The translations under genes were made by a program, and so were the position numbers. 64,000 bases of DNA from Octopus vulgaris (lineage: Eukaryota): positions 49,662,001 to 49,726,000 of the forward strand of contig OX597822.1 of assembly GCA_951406725.2 (NCBI GenBank). The letters are read 5' to 3'. Every line of letters starts with the position of its first letter. The first letter of the stretch is position 1. Positions 1-13,020 of the stretch are shown piece by piece. The notes below the pieces were generated by a model, which saw only the letters and a program-made list of their open reading frames with translations, ran no database searches and was not told the origin of the DNA.

Positions 1-559
1 CATTACTGTACATTTAAACATGACATTTCCAGCCAAACACTGGCCCAATAACGGACATTGTGATCCTGCTCTACAATTGCAACTGCGGATATTATTATTA
101 GCATTACTTACTCTCTCATTAACATATATAGTGTTGCCATTCACGGTATCGCTCAAATTCGTAGAAATATTATCAAGTGTTATGTCACTGTTATTCGAGT
201 TATTATAATAGGTATTATTATATCTATTTATATTGGCCCTACTGTTTTGGATTATATCATTAAATGCCATACCCCGAACCAGTAATCGTTGCATTTGGGA
301 TACTTAGTATTTCATCTGCGGTTTATTGGCTCTGTTATCTATGCTGACTGCATTGTTACTAGTTGAAAGTGGGTTCTCAGTATTATCCGTGATATTATTG
401 CACCGACACCACACACCATCATCCTCACACCCACACATGATCATCCGCACACCCACACACCATCATCCACATACCCACACATTACAGATGCACAAACACA
501 CGCACACATCCACACAGTCAGTAGCCCCTAGCCACACACAAGTACACATTCTTATATAT

Positions 560-825
560 ACATACACGCACGTGCACCTTCGTTTTGGGATCACTAATGC
601 TATATTATCCCCCCTTATGTCTAACCCTCCTGTAAAAGCTTTTTTCCAGCCAGGCGCCATGCTTTTTATTCTCTCTCTGTTTATTTTCTCTTATTCCTTT
701 CTGTTGAAGAGCGAAGGCTCTAAATGTAAAAGAATTTCTCTTTCCTGAGCGTCAAACAAATAAATCTGCTTGTTGTTCATACACCTGGCTTCGTCTTTTG
801 TTTTTCTGTAAGTTTCAACTATATT
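560..825 (+). mobile_element. Penelope-like element terminal (pLTR-type) repeat fragment with degenerate hammerhead
   Basis: Contains CTTT-CTGTTGA-A-GAGC-gaag-GCTC-TAAA-TGT-A-AAAG (697-732). The downstream part (tttcctgagcgtcaaac...ttcaactata) recurs in reverse at 58575-58675 and resembles 43830-43990. Confidence 0.55.
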
Positions 826-946
826 ATTGATTCTTGTATATCTACTATTATTAGAATTCAAGAATTAATGTTGTGTGGTATTTGAAATACGTATATTTAT
901 TTCTATATATGCACGTGCATCAGCTTCACCATGTTACTTCAAGCAA

Positions 947-987
947 CCACAGACTAGTTTCGGAGTGTTTGCCCCTTAAAAATGTGG
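947..987 (-). ncRNA. Fossil type I hammerhead ribozyme (catalytic core decayed)
   Basis: Minus strand reads CCACA-TTTTTAA-GGGG-caaaca-CTCC-GAAA-CTAG-TC-TGTGG. Stem I, stem II, GAAA, palindromic stem III (ACTAGT) and the GUC site are present, but the 7-nt CUGAUGA is replaced by UUUUUAA. Confidence 0.5.
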
Positions 988-1200
988 AGTAGCCGAACGC
1001 AGTAGGCGTCGCTGTTGACTGTGTTCGAAGGTGTATATATATTCAGTGGAAGCAGCCACTGATTTTCAAAAATAGAAATATAATTTCTAAATCCCCCTAA
1101 AGGAGAATACTGCAGAATAATGCTGGGCATCGCCAAGCTAACATAGCAGTCTAGAAATATAGGACGAATGCTGCCGTTGATTAGCTCCAAGAAGTCGTCG

Positions 1201-1202
<2 letters not shown>

Positions 1203-1280
<78 letters not shown>

Positions 1281-1295
1281 GGTGTTTGTGTGTGT
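1203..1295. repeat. Compound microsatellite (CT)n(TA)n(TG)n
   Basis: Read directly. Confidence 0.95.
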
Positions 1296-2172
1296 ATAAG
1301 CATGTGTTCTTATACATGTATTACAGCAATAATAAAGGGACTGGATGCATGTTTGCTGAGTACAATATTCTTTGCTAAGTAATGCATGACTATTACACAT
1401 TGACAAGTAACATTTTAGATTTGTATTCACAGATTTTCTTTACTGAATTTGTTATGAAATACTGTGGTTTGTGAAGGCTATATGCATATAAAACCGTTTA
1501 TTATAATTGTTTCAAATGAAACTTACTCAAACATTATCTTTTCCATATTAACCAAATTCACTAACATTCAATAATAATAGAAAATTATGAGCATTTTGAA
1601 TCATCAGAAACCAAGAAATTGCTTCCGCCGAAAATGTATTCACTCTACATTAAAAGTACGTGCGGTGATTAGAAATTATGCCGAAAATTCAGTTATCTCT
1701 TTAGCCACTGTCTATTGTAACATGATGCGAACAGCTTAAATTCCATTGGATTCACTGCTATTACATTTATACTCAAAATATCAGATTAATCAAATTTTCA
1801 GATTACAGAGACGATTCAGAACTAATCTCGTGATTTATATTTAGCCGCTGGTAAATAAGCTATAATGTTACATGGCAGTTATTACATTGAGTTAACTCTT
1901 AACATTTATTGAAGATCATTCTCTAATGTATGGATTTTGAGAATCTTTACTTATCAAAACACCTTATTAAGACTGTGAGCGAGCAAACCGAATTGATTTC
2001 AACATGTGAATCATTATTTGTAAAGCTTCTTGCAGATATTTCCACAACAGGATCCTGGAAGAAGACATCTTTTTTTAAACTCTGGACTTGACTCTCTAAT
2101 GTAAAAATGATATCTTCCTAAAAATGATTCTTCTTCATGTTTGTATCGAACTACAAAGCTCTATACATACGT

Positions 2173-2176
<4 letters not shown>

Positions 2177-2212
<36 letters not shown>

Positions 2213-2272
2213 CATTTGCATATACATGCACACACACACATACACACACACACAAGCACACACGCATACACA

Positions 2273-2330
<58 letters not shown>
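2177..2330. repeat. Compound microsatellite (TC)n/(CA)n/(TA)n
   Basis: Read directly. Confidence 0.95.
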
Positions 2331-3439
2331 CAGTATACGAAATTGAGGTAATATTTATTGAATTAAAATAGCCAACTATATATCATAGTTAATGTATGCA
2401 CTCTGTCGATAAGCCAAGTACTATTATGGGCTTGCTATATTAAAACCACAAAATAATATGAGAGAAACGAAAATTCTTCTCAGCCACGGCCAGATGGATT
2501 GAGTTTTCGTTTGCCTTTGCAATGGCAACTATTCTGTTGACAATTAGAAGTTAAGAGACATATGAATTTCTTGCTGTGAATCTATAGGGGATGTGTAGCA
2601 CTTTCCTCGGGAGATTAAAATAAAGGTATCGGTTAAATGCTAAGTCTCATTCCACTTTCTGGAGACGTGTTATTGTTCATTCATTTATTTATTCATTTTG
2701 TTGGATAGAATCGAGAACATCTAATTTGATGTTAGATCTCTATAAAATATATCTTGCCTCTTGCCACTCTATTGACCAAATCTGTCGGAACATCAAGCAA
2801 GTAATCTTTATACTCTCTCTCAAGTTGACATAGAACATTGACTGACTTCCTAGTTCGAATCATCGCTGTGTGTTGTCAGGCGTGGTGAGTGTTGCTTTGT
2901 TTTGGTATAAGACATTCTCGTCATTCTTTATTGCTGCATATCTCATTCTCTTCGCCCTTACACTCTTTCTCTGTCCCTCTACTCCCTCCTCGGCGTCATC
3001 GTCATAGGTTGGCATGATTGTTATCAACACCAGAATCATGATCATGAACATCCCCCTCCCGCTCCCACGTCGTCTTCATCACCATTATCATCATCATCAT
3101 CATCATCATCTTCATAACCAATATGCGCCCCATTCTCTTCTTGCCCCTTATCATAATCATCACCCGCTTTATCCTTCCCTTCCCACTCTTCCTTCTCACC
3201 ACACTCACATTCATGAATCGGATTACATTTTTAAGAAAGCCAGCAATTTACGTCCACTCTTACAAACAATAGCTTGGAGGATGACGGTAAACAACAACTT
3301 GACAAAGGAACAAGCGAATAATCCACTTCGGTCATCATCAAACACTTGCCAATCAGGGGCCCGGAAAACAATTACAAATAGCTTCCTGTAATAAAAGAGA
3401 GCAGACATTTATTCGAAGACATTATCTACCTCCCTTGAA

Positions 3440-3512
<73 letters not shown>

Positions 3513-3525
3513 ACTATCTATCTAC

Positions 3526-3573
<48 letters not shown>
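3440..3573. repeat. (TATC)n tetranucleotide microsatellite
   Basis: Long, near-perfect tatc array. Confidence 0.97.
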
Positions 3574-3627
3574 TTAGTGTTTACCCCTTTGTCTTTATTT
3601 GAATCTCACTCCCTCTCTCTTTTAATG

Positions 3628-3629
3628 TG

Positions 3630-3696
<67 letters not shown>

Positions 3697-3768
3697 TAAA
3701 TATGTATATATATACATAAATATGTATATATACATAAATATGTATATATATATATATACATAAATATG

Positions 3769-3821
<53 letters not shown>

Positions 3822-3870
3822 AATATGTATATATATACATAAATATGTATATATACATAAATATGTATAT

Positions 3871-3927
<57 letters not shown>
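3628..3927. repeat. (TA)n array with interspersed cataaatatg units
   Basis: Read directly. Confidence 0.95.
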
Positions 3928-3929
<2 letters not shown>

Positions 3930-4239
3930 GTGTAGCCTTATAAAAGATTTTGTACCATGGAAGATTCTTGAAAAAAAATATTGATTTTATCGTGCTAAAT
4001 CAATAGCAATTATTTCGAGACAACAACTGTTTTTGAATGCAAACTACAATGAAAGAAGATAAAAGAAATCTACATTAAAGGAGTATAGGCTACACACGCA
4101 TTTCAATATCTGACTTTTTAGGAATGCGTGTACGTGATTTGCTGTTTGGTGGTTCATAAATTAATTCTGAAATTTTTTTAATCTCTAATGCATTACTAAC
4201 AATTTGTCGTAATGTGTGTTTACATATATAAGGCCACAA

Positions 4240-4900
<661 letters not shown>

Positions 4901-5549
4901 GTACGCATTGTGTATTAGTCGCTAAACTTTGAACAAATGAACCAAATAGATGAAGCGAATATTTCTATAAGGAACATTTTTATGGCATTGTGTCTCTTCT
5001 CTAAACAATTGTTATTCGTTTTTAGTTTCTATGAGATGTTGTTGCTGTGTGTACAGCTTCAAAAATAAAAATCTGCAATTTATATTAGAAGTATACTAGG
5101 GCTGTTTGTTAGGTGACAGGAACACTAAACCATCTGATTGAAGACTCAACGGTATTTAAATTGATTACTTTTCGGTATATGATCAATATTCACTACAATC
5201 AACTTTGCCTTTCAGCCTTGTATTTCAATAATAGACAATAAACTGTAAAATGTGTCTGAAGTCTGGCGAGTAGCTCCGGTAGTGTAAACCCCCAAGTCAC
5301 TAATTTCACTTACGCAGAAAATGCAATTACAGAAAAGAAAGGAGAATCAAACGTTTCCATTGAACATATTTAAAATTTGAGACAACAATACGCAAGTTCA
5401 GCTGGCATTGAAATTGTTTAAAACTGTTTCAAATTTTACCAAATAATAAATGATGTTTTTTCTTTTAATTCGTAGAGTGAGCTACACGAAGTTTAGTGTC
5501 TAACCTTCCATTATACAATACAGACTTGAAGAGACAGAATAATGGATTG

Positions 5550-5830
5550 GTTGTTCCTTCTCGAGCCATACCCGGCTCATAAGGGCCGGTTTCCTGGTTT
5601 CTTGGCGTATAGGTTCCCCACCTGGACGGGACTCAGGTGAGCTTCAAGATGCAGGAGGAAATAGTTAGAGAAAATTGTGGTGAAAGAGTCAGCAGAAGTT
5701 CGCCATTACCTTCTGCCGGAGCTGTGTGGAGCTTCGATATTTCGCTCATAAACACACACATCGCCCGGTCTGAGATTCGAACCCGCGATCCCTCGACCGC
5801 TGCTCTAACCACTAGGCCATGTGCCTCCAC
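5550..5830 (-). mobile_element. tRNA-derived SINE
   Basis: Minus strand starts gtggaggcacaTGGCCTAGTGGttagagc (A box) ... cgcgGGTTCGAATCtcagacc (B box), followed by a GC-rich body. Confidence 0.8.
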
Positions 5831-6079
5831 ACTCAGAATAATGGATGAGCTCGATGAAGATCTTATAATGGTGAGGTTAATTAAGGGGATAAGTATTGTG
5901 ATTCATCGAATTGTTGTTTAGCACAAGGTCATCGATAACTGAGCAGAGCTCTGATTAAAGGCGTTCTATTGGTGTTCATCGCTTCTCATTTACATATAAT
6001 ATATAAGACTACTATTTCTAGCAGGGGAAATAAACTTCTTGACTATCCTTATATCTAAGTCTCGTATTTTTTTTCAGAT

Positions 6080-6600
6080 TGCTGACAAGGTGAGCTGGGA
6101 CTGGAAGTGATTTGTAATAGTTGCAGTTGTTGGGATAAAGTTTCAGTATGGAGTTTGTTTCATGTGACTTACTAGATTTGGCGAGATGCAAAAAAAAATG
6201 ATAATTTAGGTTTGCAGCGTATTATTTCAGAGAATCGGAAACAGAGGGAGGATCAAGTAGTTGAAATAAATTAATTAAAATGTTTGTGAAGCAATGAGAT
6301 GCATTTTTGGAATATGTTGGCTACGCTATTCATACTGGTTGCCATGTGTGGAAATCAGAGTTTGTGAAAGATGACGTAATGTAGAAAGCCTAAAGTTGTT
6401 ATGTAAATAGAAAGGTTGTGTAGTGTCGTCATTGGAAAATATCTTCAGAGTGTTTCTACCTGGAAGTAGTCGGTGTCCAAACTCAGGCTTCTAGCTTGTA
6501 TATGAATAATGACTGAGTGCATAAATATGAGGAATTGTATTATCGGTTCAGAGCCGGGTTTCATTGGTGTTTATGGTGTTGGAGCGGGAATCTTCAAATC
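6080..6600 (-). mobile_element. Highly degenerate LINE (CR1/Jockey-like) RT remnant
   Basis: Minus-strand peptide IFSNDDTT resembles the YADDTT motif; the rest is heavily broken. Confidence 0.3.
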
Positions 6601-6934
6601 GAAAGGCAGTGATATCTCACAGGAAATGGGATGTATTTTACTATGATGGAGCTGTTTGCAAGAAAGTTCTCGTGCTGAAAACTGAAACGTTTTAGGACGT
6701 GATCTACGTGGTGTGACGTTTTTACAGAGTATATAGAATGTTCTGGTGTGTCTGGGGAGAGTCATTCTTTTTTGGTGCTTTATAATTAAACACACAAACT
6801 GGTAAAATTGCCACTTATTTCTTTTTTTATTTTTCTAATATTTTCGTTGCGTCTTGAAACCTTTTCAATAGTTTTGGCTCTGCCCGTTATTCATACTGCG
6901 TTCCTTTTTGTTTGTTTGTGCGCATGTGTAGGGG

Positions 6935-7370
6935 TTAGTGTTTGTGTGTGCCAACACATGTATGTATGTATGTATGTATTTATACATGCATGTGTATGTA
7001 TACATGCATGTATTTATACATGCATGTGTATGTATACATGCATGTATTCTGTGTGTGTATGTATATGTATATATGTATGTATGTGTGTATATTTGTATGT
7101 ATGTATGTATACTGCATATTCATGTGCATGCGTGTCCGTGTTTGTGAGTTTTTATGTATGTGTGTGTATGTGTTTGTGTTTGTATATGTGTGTGCATGTC
7201 TGAGTGTGCGTATTTTGCAACTAAAAATTATGTTTATATGTATGAATGTGCAGCTCCATATGTGTGGACGTGTGTCTCCATATGTGTTCCTGTATGAACA
7301 AAAGTGTGTGTGTATATATGGTTATGTGTTTCAGTCTCCATTTGTGTATGAGTGTTTTGTGTGCTTGCTG
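6935..7370. repeat. Degenerate (TATG)n/(TG)n tract
   Basis: Read directly. Confidence 0.85.
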
Positions 7371-8339
7371 TTAGTTTGTTAGTTCAGAGTATATAGAAGA
7401 AAATAAAAAAATGGCGTTTAATCTAATCATGCATGTATAAATAGTATACAACCTGTAATCTCAGTTTATGACTTACTACTTCTATCTAATTGGACTTATT
7501 ATATAAGAGTTATATAATTTTCCCCAGGTGTTCAGAATATAAACTATTGTTGCAATCGTTTTGATTCGACATAAAAAAGAAATAAGTGGAAATATATATT
7601 ATATTTGACATATCAAATATAACAAATCATTTCGATCTGAAGCTAAATGTTTATCTTGTATTGTGTTAATGATGTAAAATGTTAATGATCGTTTTTAATG
7701 GCTTTGCACATTTTCGTCCGGATAATTATTTTCTTATGCATACAAGAGAAACTTTACAGAAATTTTGTCATTTCTACTTTGTGATATATAATAAACATAA
7801 TTATAATGACAATTCCGGAATTGTGAGAATACAATTTCTTTCAATTAACTATATTTTCTACCTTCTCTAAGCAGTGAAAATAAAATATTCTTCTAAAACA
7901 GGAAGCCAGTATTATGGAAACGTTGTAGCAAAGTTTTACACCGACTTAAATGAATACGTCAGTACTTTTTTTTTGTAAAGTATGATACCGTTATTTTGTC
8001 AACGTTGATTCAATACAGTCAAATAGTGGTGTTGTGAAACTTATGCAATAAAATATTCTTTGAAATTATTTATAAGCAACTTATACTCCCATATAAGTTT
8101 ATCTGAGTCTGTACGTCAGGCATAAGATGGCATAAATGACTTAGTGAAAGTAATGACAAAGTGACGCAAGCAGTGAGCGCAAATATATTCTCTGACGTTG
8201 AGAGTATGAATAAATTGCGTAGAGAAATACACTAAAATACGATAGGAGTATAATTCAAATGTAATCGAATTATAGCTTTTTTCTTAACTGGACAATGAAT
8301 GTATAATTAAATTATGGCTGAGCAAGCAGAACTAAAGAC

Positions 8340-8790
8340 TTCATATTTTAATTTCAGGTCGTCCAAAAACTGAAGTTGATTTATTTTTTTTTATCACTGC
8401 TAAATTTGTAGCATGTTTTAACCACTCCCAAGATCAGTGTAAGACGAATAAGAGCACCCACGTATAACAGCGTATCACCTTTGAATATTCCTCTATTCAT
8501 GTTGATTTTACATAATTTATCATGACCTGATGTTATAATAGGTCTCTATTTTAGCATAATATATTGTTAGAGCTGGACAACGTTCTCAGCTATCCCAAAT
8601 ATACCGAGGCATTCTAGGATCCATGAGTATAACACTGTCATATGCCTTTTGGTAATCTGTCCATGCCGTTGCTGACCAGTTTTTTTGCCTCATTTTGACT
8701 TCTCATCTGCATATAATAGATCGTTTGTCCCCTTGGAACACTTTCTACATCCTTTGTTCTCAAAATACTTATGTATATGTCCTTTGCAAT
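8340..8790 (-). mobile_element. R4/Dong non-LTR retrotransposon RT fragment, abutting (TAA)n
   Basis: Minus-strand peptides NKGCRKCSKGTNDLL, AWTDYQKAYDSV, SWILECLGIFGIAENVV, RGIFKGDTL and FLDDLKL match R4/Dong RT motifs (EQKGC..., WIDYKKAYD, GIFQGDSL, FMDDLKL). Confidence 0.8.
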
Positions 8791-8796
8791 AACACC

Positions 8797-8808
8797 TGTT
8801 GTTGTTGC

Positions 8809-8896
<88 letters not shown>

Positions 8897-8913
8897 GTTG
8901 TTATTATTATTAT
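8797..8913. repeat. (TTA)n microsatellite
   Basis: Read directly; similar tracts at 9097-9186, 9621-9685, 50721-50812 and 60969-61052. Confidence 0.97.
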
Positions 8914-8949
8914 AGAAAGCGGTGTGCTGGCAGAATCGTTAGATTACTA

Positions 8950-9093
8950 TTCATATACACACAACATAGACGTTTAGAAAAGAAAACTTTCTAGCATATG
9001 ACTAGAATATCCTAGCATTCCCTAATAACACTGTTTTCTGGAGCTGTACTAAATTGGGTTTTATGCGCTTTTCCTCTACCCGTCTGTTCAAAG

Positions 9094-9096
<3 letters not shown>
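8950..9096 (-). mobile_element. R4/Dong C-terminal/3' fragment, truncated at (TAA)n
   Basis: Minus-strand PNLVQLQKTVLLGNARIF matches the R4/Dong C-terminal LQK.VLLGTARILR motif. Confidence 0.7.
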
Positions 9097-9185
<89 letters not shown>

Positions 9186-9187
<2 letters not shown>

Positions 9188-9562
9188 TGAGTTCAAACTC
9201 CGCCGAGGTCGACTTTGCCTTTCATCCTTTCGGGGTCGATAAATTAAGTACCAGTTGTACACTGGGGTAGATCTAATCGACTGGCCCCCTCCCCCAAATT
9301 TAGGGTCTTGTAGAAGAGATTATTATAATATTTTTTTTTTTAATTGTTGTTGTTGTGGTTGCTGTTATCGTTAGCACACCGGGTATAAATGCTTCGCGCA
9401 TTTCGTCTGTCTGCATGTTCTGAGTTTAAATTCCGCCGAGGTCGACTTTGCTTTTCATACTTTTGGGTTCGATAAATTAAGTATCAGTGAAATTCTAGGG
9501 TCGATGTAATCGACTAGTCCCGTCTCCCAAAACTTCAAGCCTTGTGCTTATAACAGAAAGGA
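9186..9562 (+). mobile_element. Two partial octopus-type SINE copies
   Basis: ttctgagttcaaactccgccgaggtcgactttgcctttcatcctttcggggtcgataaattaagtaccag occurs twice (9186-9320 and about 9368-9560); same family as 18438 and 50240. Confidence 0.85.
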
Positions 9563-9626
9563 TTCTTCTTCTTCTTCTTCTTCTTCTTCTTCTTCTTCTT
9601 CTTCTTCTTCTTCTTCTTCTATTATA

Positions 9627-9686
<60 letters not shown>

Positions 9687-10533
9687 TTCATTGTTGTTGT
9701 TACTATGGTCATCACCACTACAACCACCATCATCATCACCATCATCATAACCACCATCATCATCATCATCATCATCATCATCATTTACTTATTATTGTTT
9801 AGGTGAAAGTTTTGAGTTGAAATAAGACTGACAAGAAATATACTACAGCAAAATTTTTTTAAGAGATGAGCTCCAATTTCGGAAACGCGCCCAGTTAGAT
9901 CATTTCTTGATAAAAGATCGAAACAGATCAATAGTGAAAAGTAGAAATGTAAGCACAATGACTGCACACTAATTCGCCGTGTCGGTTACATTATCTATAT
10001 GTTCGGGTTCTTTATTGATAATCACAAGTAGAGAAACTACTAACAATAGTAATGCCTTAAGGAGATTTTAGTGTTTATTTATGAACGCATGTACATCACA
10101 GTCAAGTCTCGCTGCCCTTCAATGCCTATCATATAACATCCATATGCAACACAACGTACCTTCAAGATACATGCGTGTATTATATATACGTGTGTATACA
10201 CATATGCACACATAAATACACATGTATCTATGTATACATGTGTATGTGTGCACATACATAGACATATGGGATAACGTCAGAGTTGCGAGTTGTAAAGTAT
10301 GTGAAAATATATTTTCCATAGTGCGGACATTTTCTAATACAGAAATCAATATGTACATTAGCGTGGCTACTCATGTTCATTACATCAAATTTTGATGGAA
10401 CCCCTTTCCTTTCAGCTTTCACATGCTGCATGTTCTGTTAGGTCAAGGGTGACAGAGTTAGAAGAAAGCTCGCGTTTACAGGAGCACGCAAGGGACCGGT
10501 AACAGCCATTGCAATGGTGATACTAATATGCAC

Positions 10534-10565
<32 letters not shown>

Positions 10566-10583
10566 GCACAATACATACACAAT

Positions 10584-10614
<31 letters not shown>

Positions 10615-10633
10615 CATATATATATGTGTGTGT

Positions 10634-10959
10634 GTGTGCGGATTCCTAGTATCACTTTATAGAACCGTTTCTGTAAAAAGTGCACTCTTTGGTCTACATC
10701 ATGGCTTCTACAATCCCTACCAAAATATGTAAAGTTAAAGATGAATATTAATGCGGTCACTAAAAGATAGGTAGCAGAGGAAGGATAGAGCAACAAATCT
10801 GACACACCATACCTAATAAACTGCAAACATAAATTTAAATACGTGTGCGGACATTCTGTATCACTTTACAAAGCGCTTCGCGAGAGATGTGCACTCTAGA
10901 GTTTACTTTGAGGATTCTACTAAGTCCGGTAAAATATGTGGTATGAAAGATGACTATTA
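10634..10959. repeat. Diverged ~115-bp direct repeat (two copies, partial third near 10321)
   Basis: gtgtgcgga...gtatcacttta...gtgcactct...ttctac...aaaatatgt...aaagatga.tatta at 10634-10750 and 10843-10959. Confidence 0.7.
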
Positions 10960-12389
10960 GGAATAGCAGAGTTAATTGTTAGGACAGAATGTTTTTTTTT
11001 CTCAACGAACTCTATTTAAGTGGTGCTGGATAATCAATTTTGTGGGTAATCATTAGGACACAAAGATTTTTTTCCATGCACATTTTATACTTTCGACAAT
11101 ATTGAACAAGTATTCTGGATGTGAGTATTTACACTTGGCTATTTTCAAACGTTTGTCTCTCTGTTTATCGTACAATGCCTTTGTGCCGTATTCATGCTGA
11201 GAGTAATGCATAAAAATAAATATATTCTCTCTTTAATATACACTGTGTAGCCATTCAAATAAATACGTTTGTTATCTCACACTGAACATTAGAATACAGC
11301 ATAATATGATGCGTATATTATCAAGTGATACAGCAGTTATTTAGAATAACAAAAGTTGTAAAATTTTGGGCGGAATCGAAATGGTAAATTAATAAAGTAA
11401 AATATTCAGAACATAGTAACGTTGAATGATAATTTCCAACTTGATTGGTTCGAGTCTAAAGAAAGATGTATTTACATCTCTAAAAAGTAAGTCGTCAGGA
11501 ATCTGGTGTCTTTTGATACTTTTAATACGTATTATTAATCCTGTTTATTTGCTCGAGCAAACACGATTATATATTTTCCTAACGTAACCATTCCCTGGAT
11601 TCATATTTCCTAACGTATTAATGCTAGGAAGGAGACTGCTTTGGTCATTTCTTTTGTTGGTTCATAATAATGTTTTAATATATCTTTGATGAAAATCCCA
11701 TGCAAGGTTGCCTTTATTCTAATTACTCCCTAAAAGCTGTAACAGTATCGTTAAAATGTATTTATGTGAAGCCCTTCACTGCAAATATGTAGGCAAGTTA
11801 CTCAGTTTTCTCGTCAAAAAATTATAATTCATTACTGGTATGCATTGAGCTTTTCTTTTTAATTCATGTGATTGCCATACACGTCTGGATTTTGAATTTG
11901 AAAATGAATTACAATTCGCATATTTCACTATGATTAAATAGCCGAAATGAGTAAAATGCGCTCAATGGTAAAACCTGTATGTAAATAATACAATGTTAAT
12001 GTGTTTGGATGTCTTTGCCTTAATTCCTTTCGATCCCAATGAAGCGCCAGGTAACAACGAATGGTTGAATCTTCACGTTGATTCTGTAGTAATTAACTAA
12101 TTATATACTCCATACCACATTTCTCATCACAGGCCTAGAAATGACTATGCCTGATGCCAGCCCAAAATTTCGAAGTCGACTGGATAATCCGTAACCTAGG
12201 AGAGAGGTCTACTTCAGTTACTACAAGAAGAAACTATCTAAATCTGGGGCTACTGCAATGTAAGGTCATCAGGACCTGTTTGAAATAAGTATTTTCTAAT
12301 AGGATATAAATATTTTTAACGCTGTACTTTTGTTATTTGTTAAAAAAAAATTGTATACTTTTATCGATCATATTACATCGTCAAAAGAT

Positions 12390-13020
12390 CCGTGGATATT
12401 TTCTGACTTCTTTTGTTACATATGAGGGAGTTGTACATGATAATCAGTGGGAACATAACGATTTTGTTAAACCAAATGCACCCATTTTGATGTAACTCTT
12501 GCTACCAGCACAAAAATTAGGTCTCTAACATCCTCATTTTTGTGCAGAAAATCAAACAATGGGTTAAATATATGAAGATCCATACTTTTGATATTCTCAT
12601 GATATATAAGGAACCAAAGCCTATAAGAATTAACTCACTCTAATTCCAAGACAAATTATCAAGAATCAGAAGCAATTGTTTATTCTAATCTTCCATCAAC
12701 TATAAAATCTGTATACCATAAACAGGAACAATCCATCCCTATTCCTCTTCATATTCTTTATGGAACTGAAAATCAGTTTGGAGTACCATGTAGTGGTCTA
12801 CAAAGAATTTGTAGAACTGTGTTCATGCAATGAGCCCAAACTATTTTCTGTTGATGAACTTAATGATTAAATAACAGCCCCCACTTCAAAGCTCAAGGGA
12901 TAACGATCAAATAACAGAAGCATTTTAAATCAAGGCACAAATTTTTTTAGGTCTCGAATAAGACAAAAATGTTTTGCACAGAGTTTCGACGAAGATGGAT
13001 CCTTGGTTTAATGTACCGGC
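12390..13020 (+). mobile_element. Chapaev3-like (CMC superfamily) transposase remnant, N-terminal half
   Basis: Peptides DFFCYI*G, ILMIYKEPK, IVYSNLPSTIKSVYH..IPIP, EPKLFSVDELND and FDEDGSLV*C follow the recalled family motif order (FCYICG, PMVWREP, YPNLPSA.RPVPH, PQLFSQ.ELNDL). Confidence 0.65.

Noticed and set aside
3014-3391. His/Pro-rich 125-aa ORF
   Set aside because: Driven by (CAT)n and pyrimidine-rich low complexity; no recognisable domain or splice context.
12120-12290. Possible host exon
   Set aside because: Frames following the candidate splice acceptors contain stops on both strands, and no domain is recognisable.
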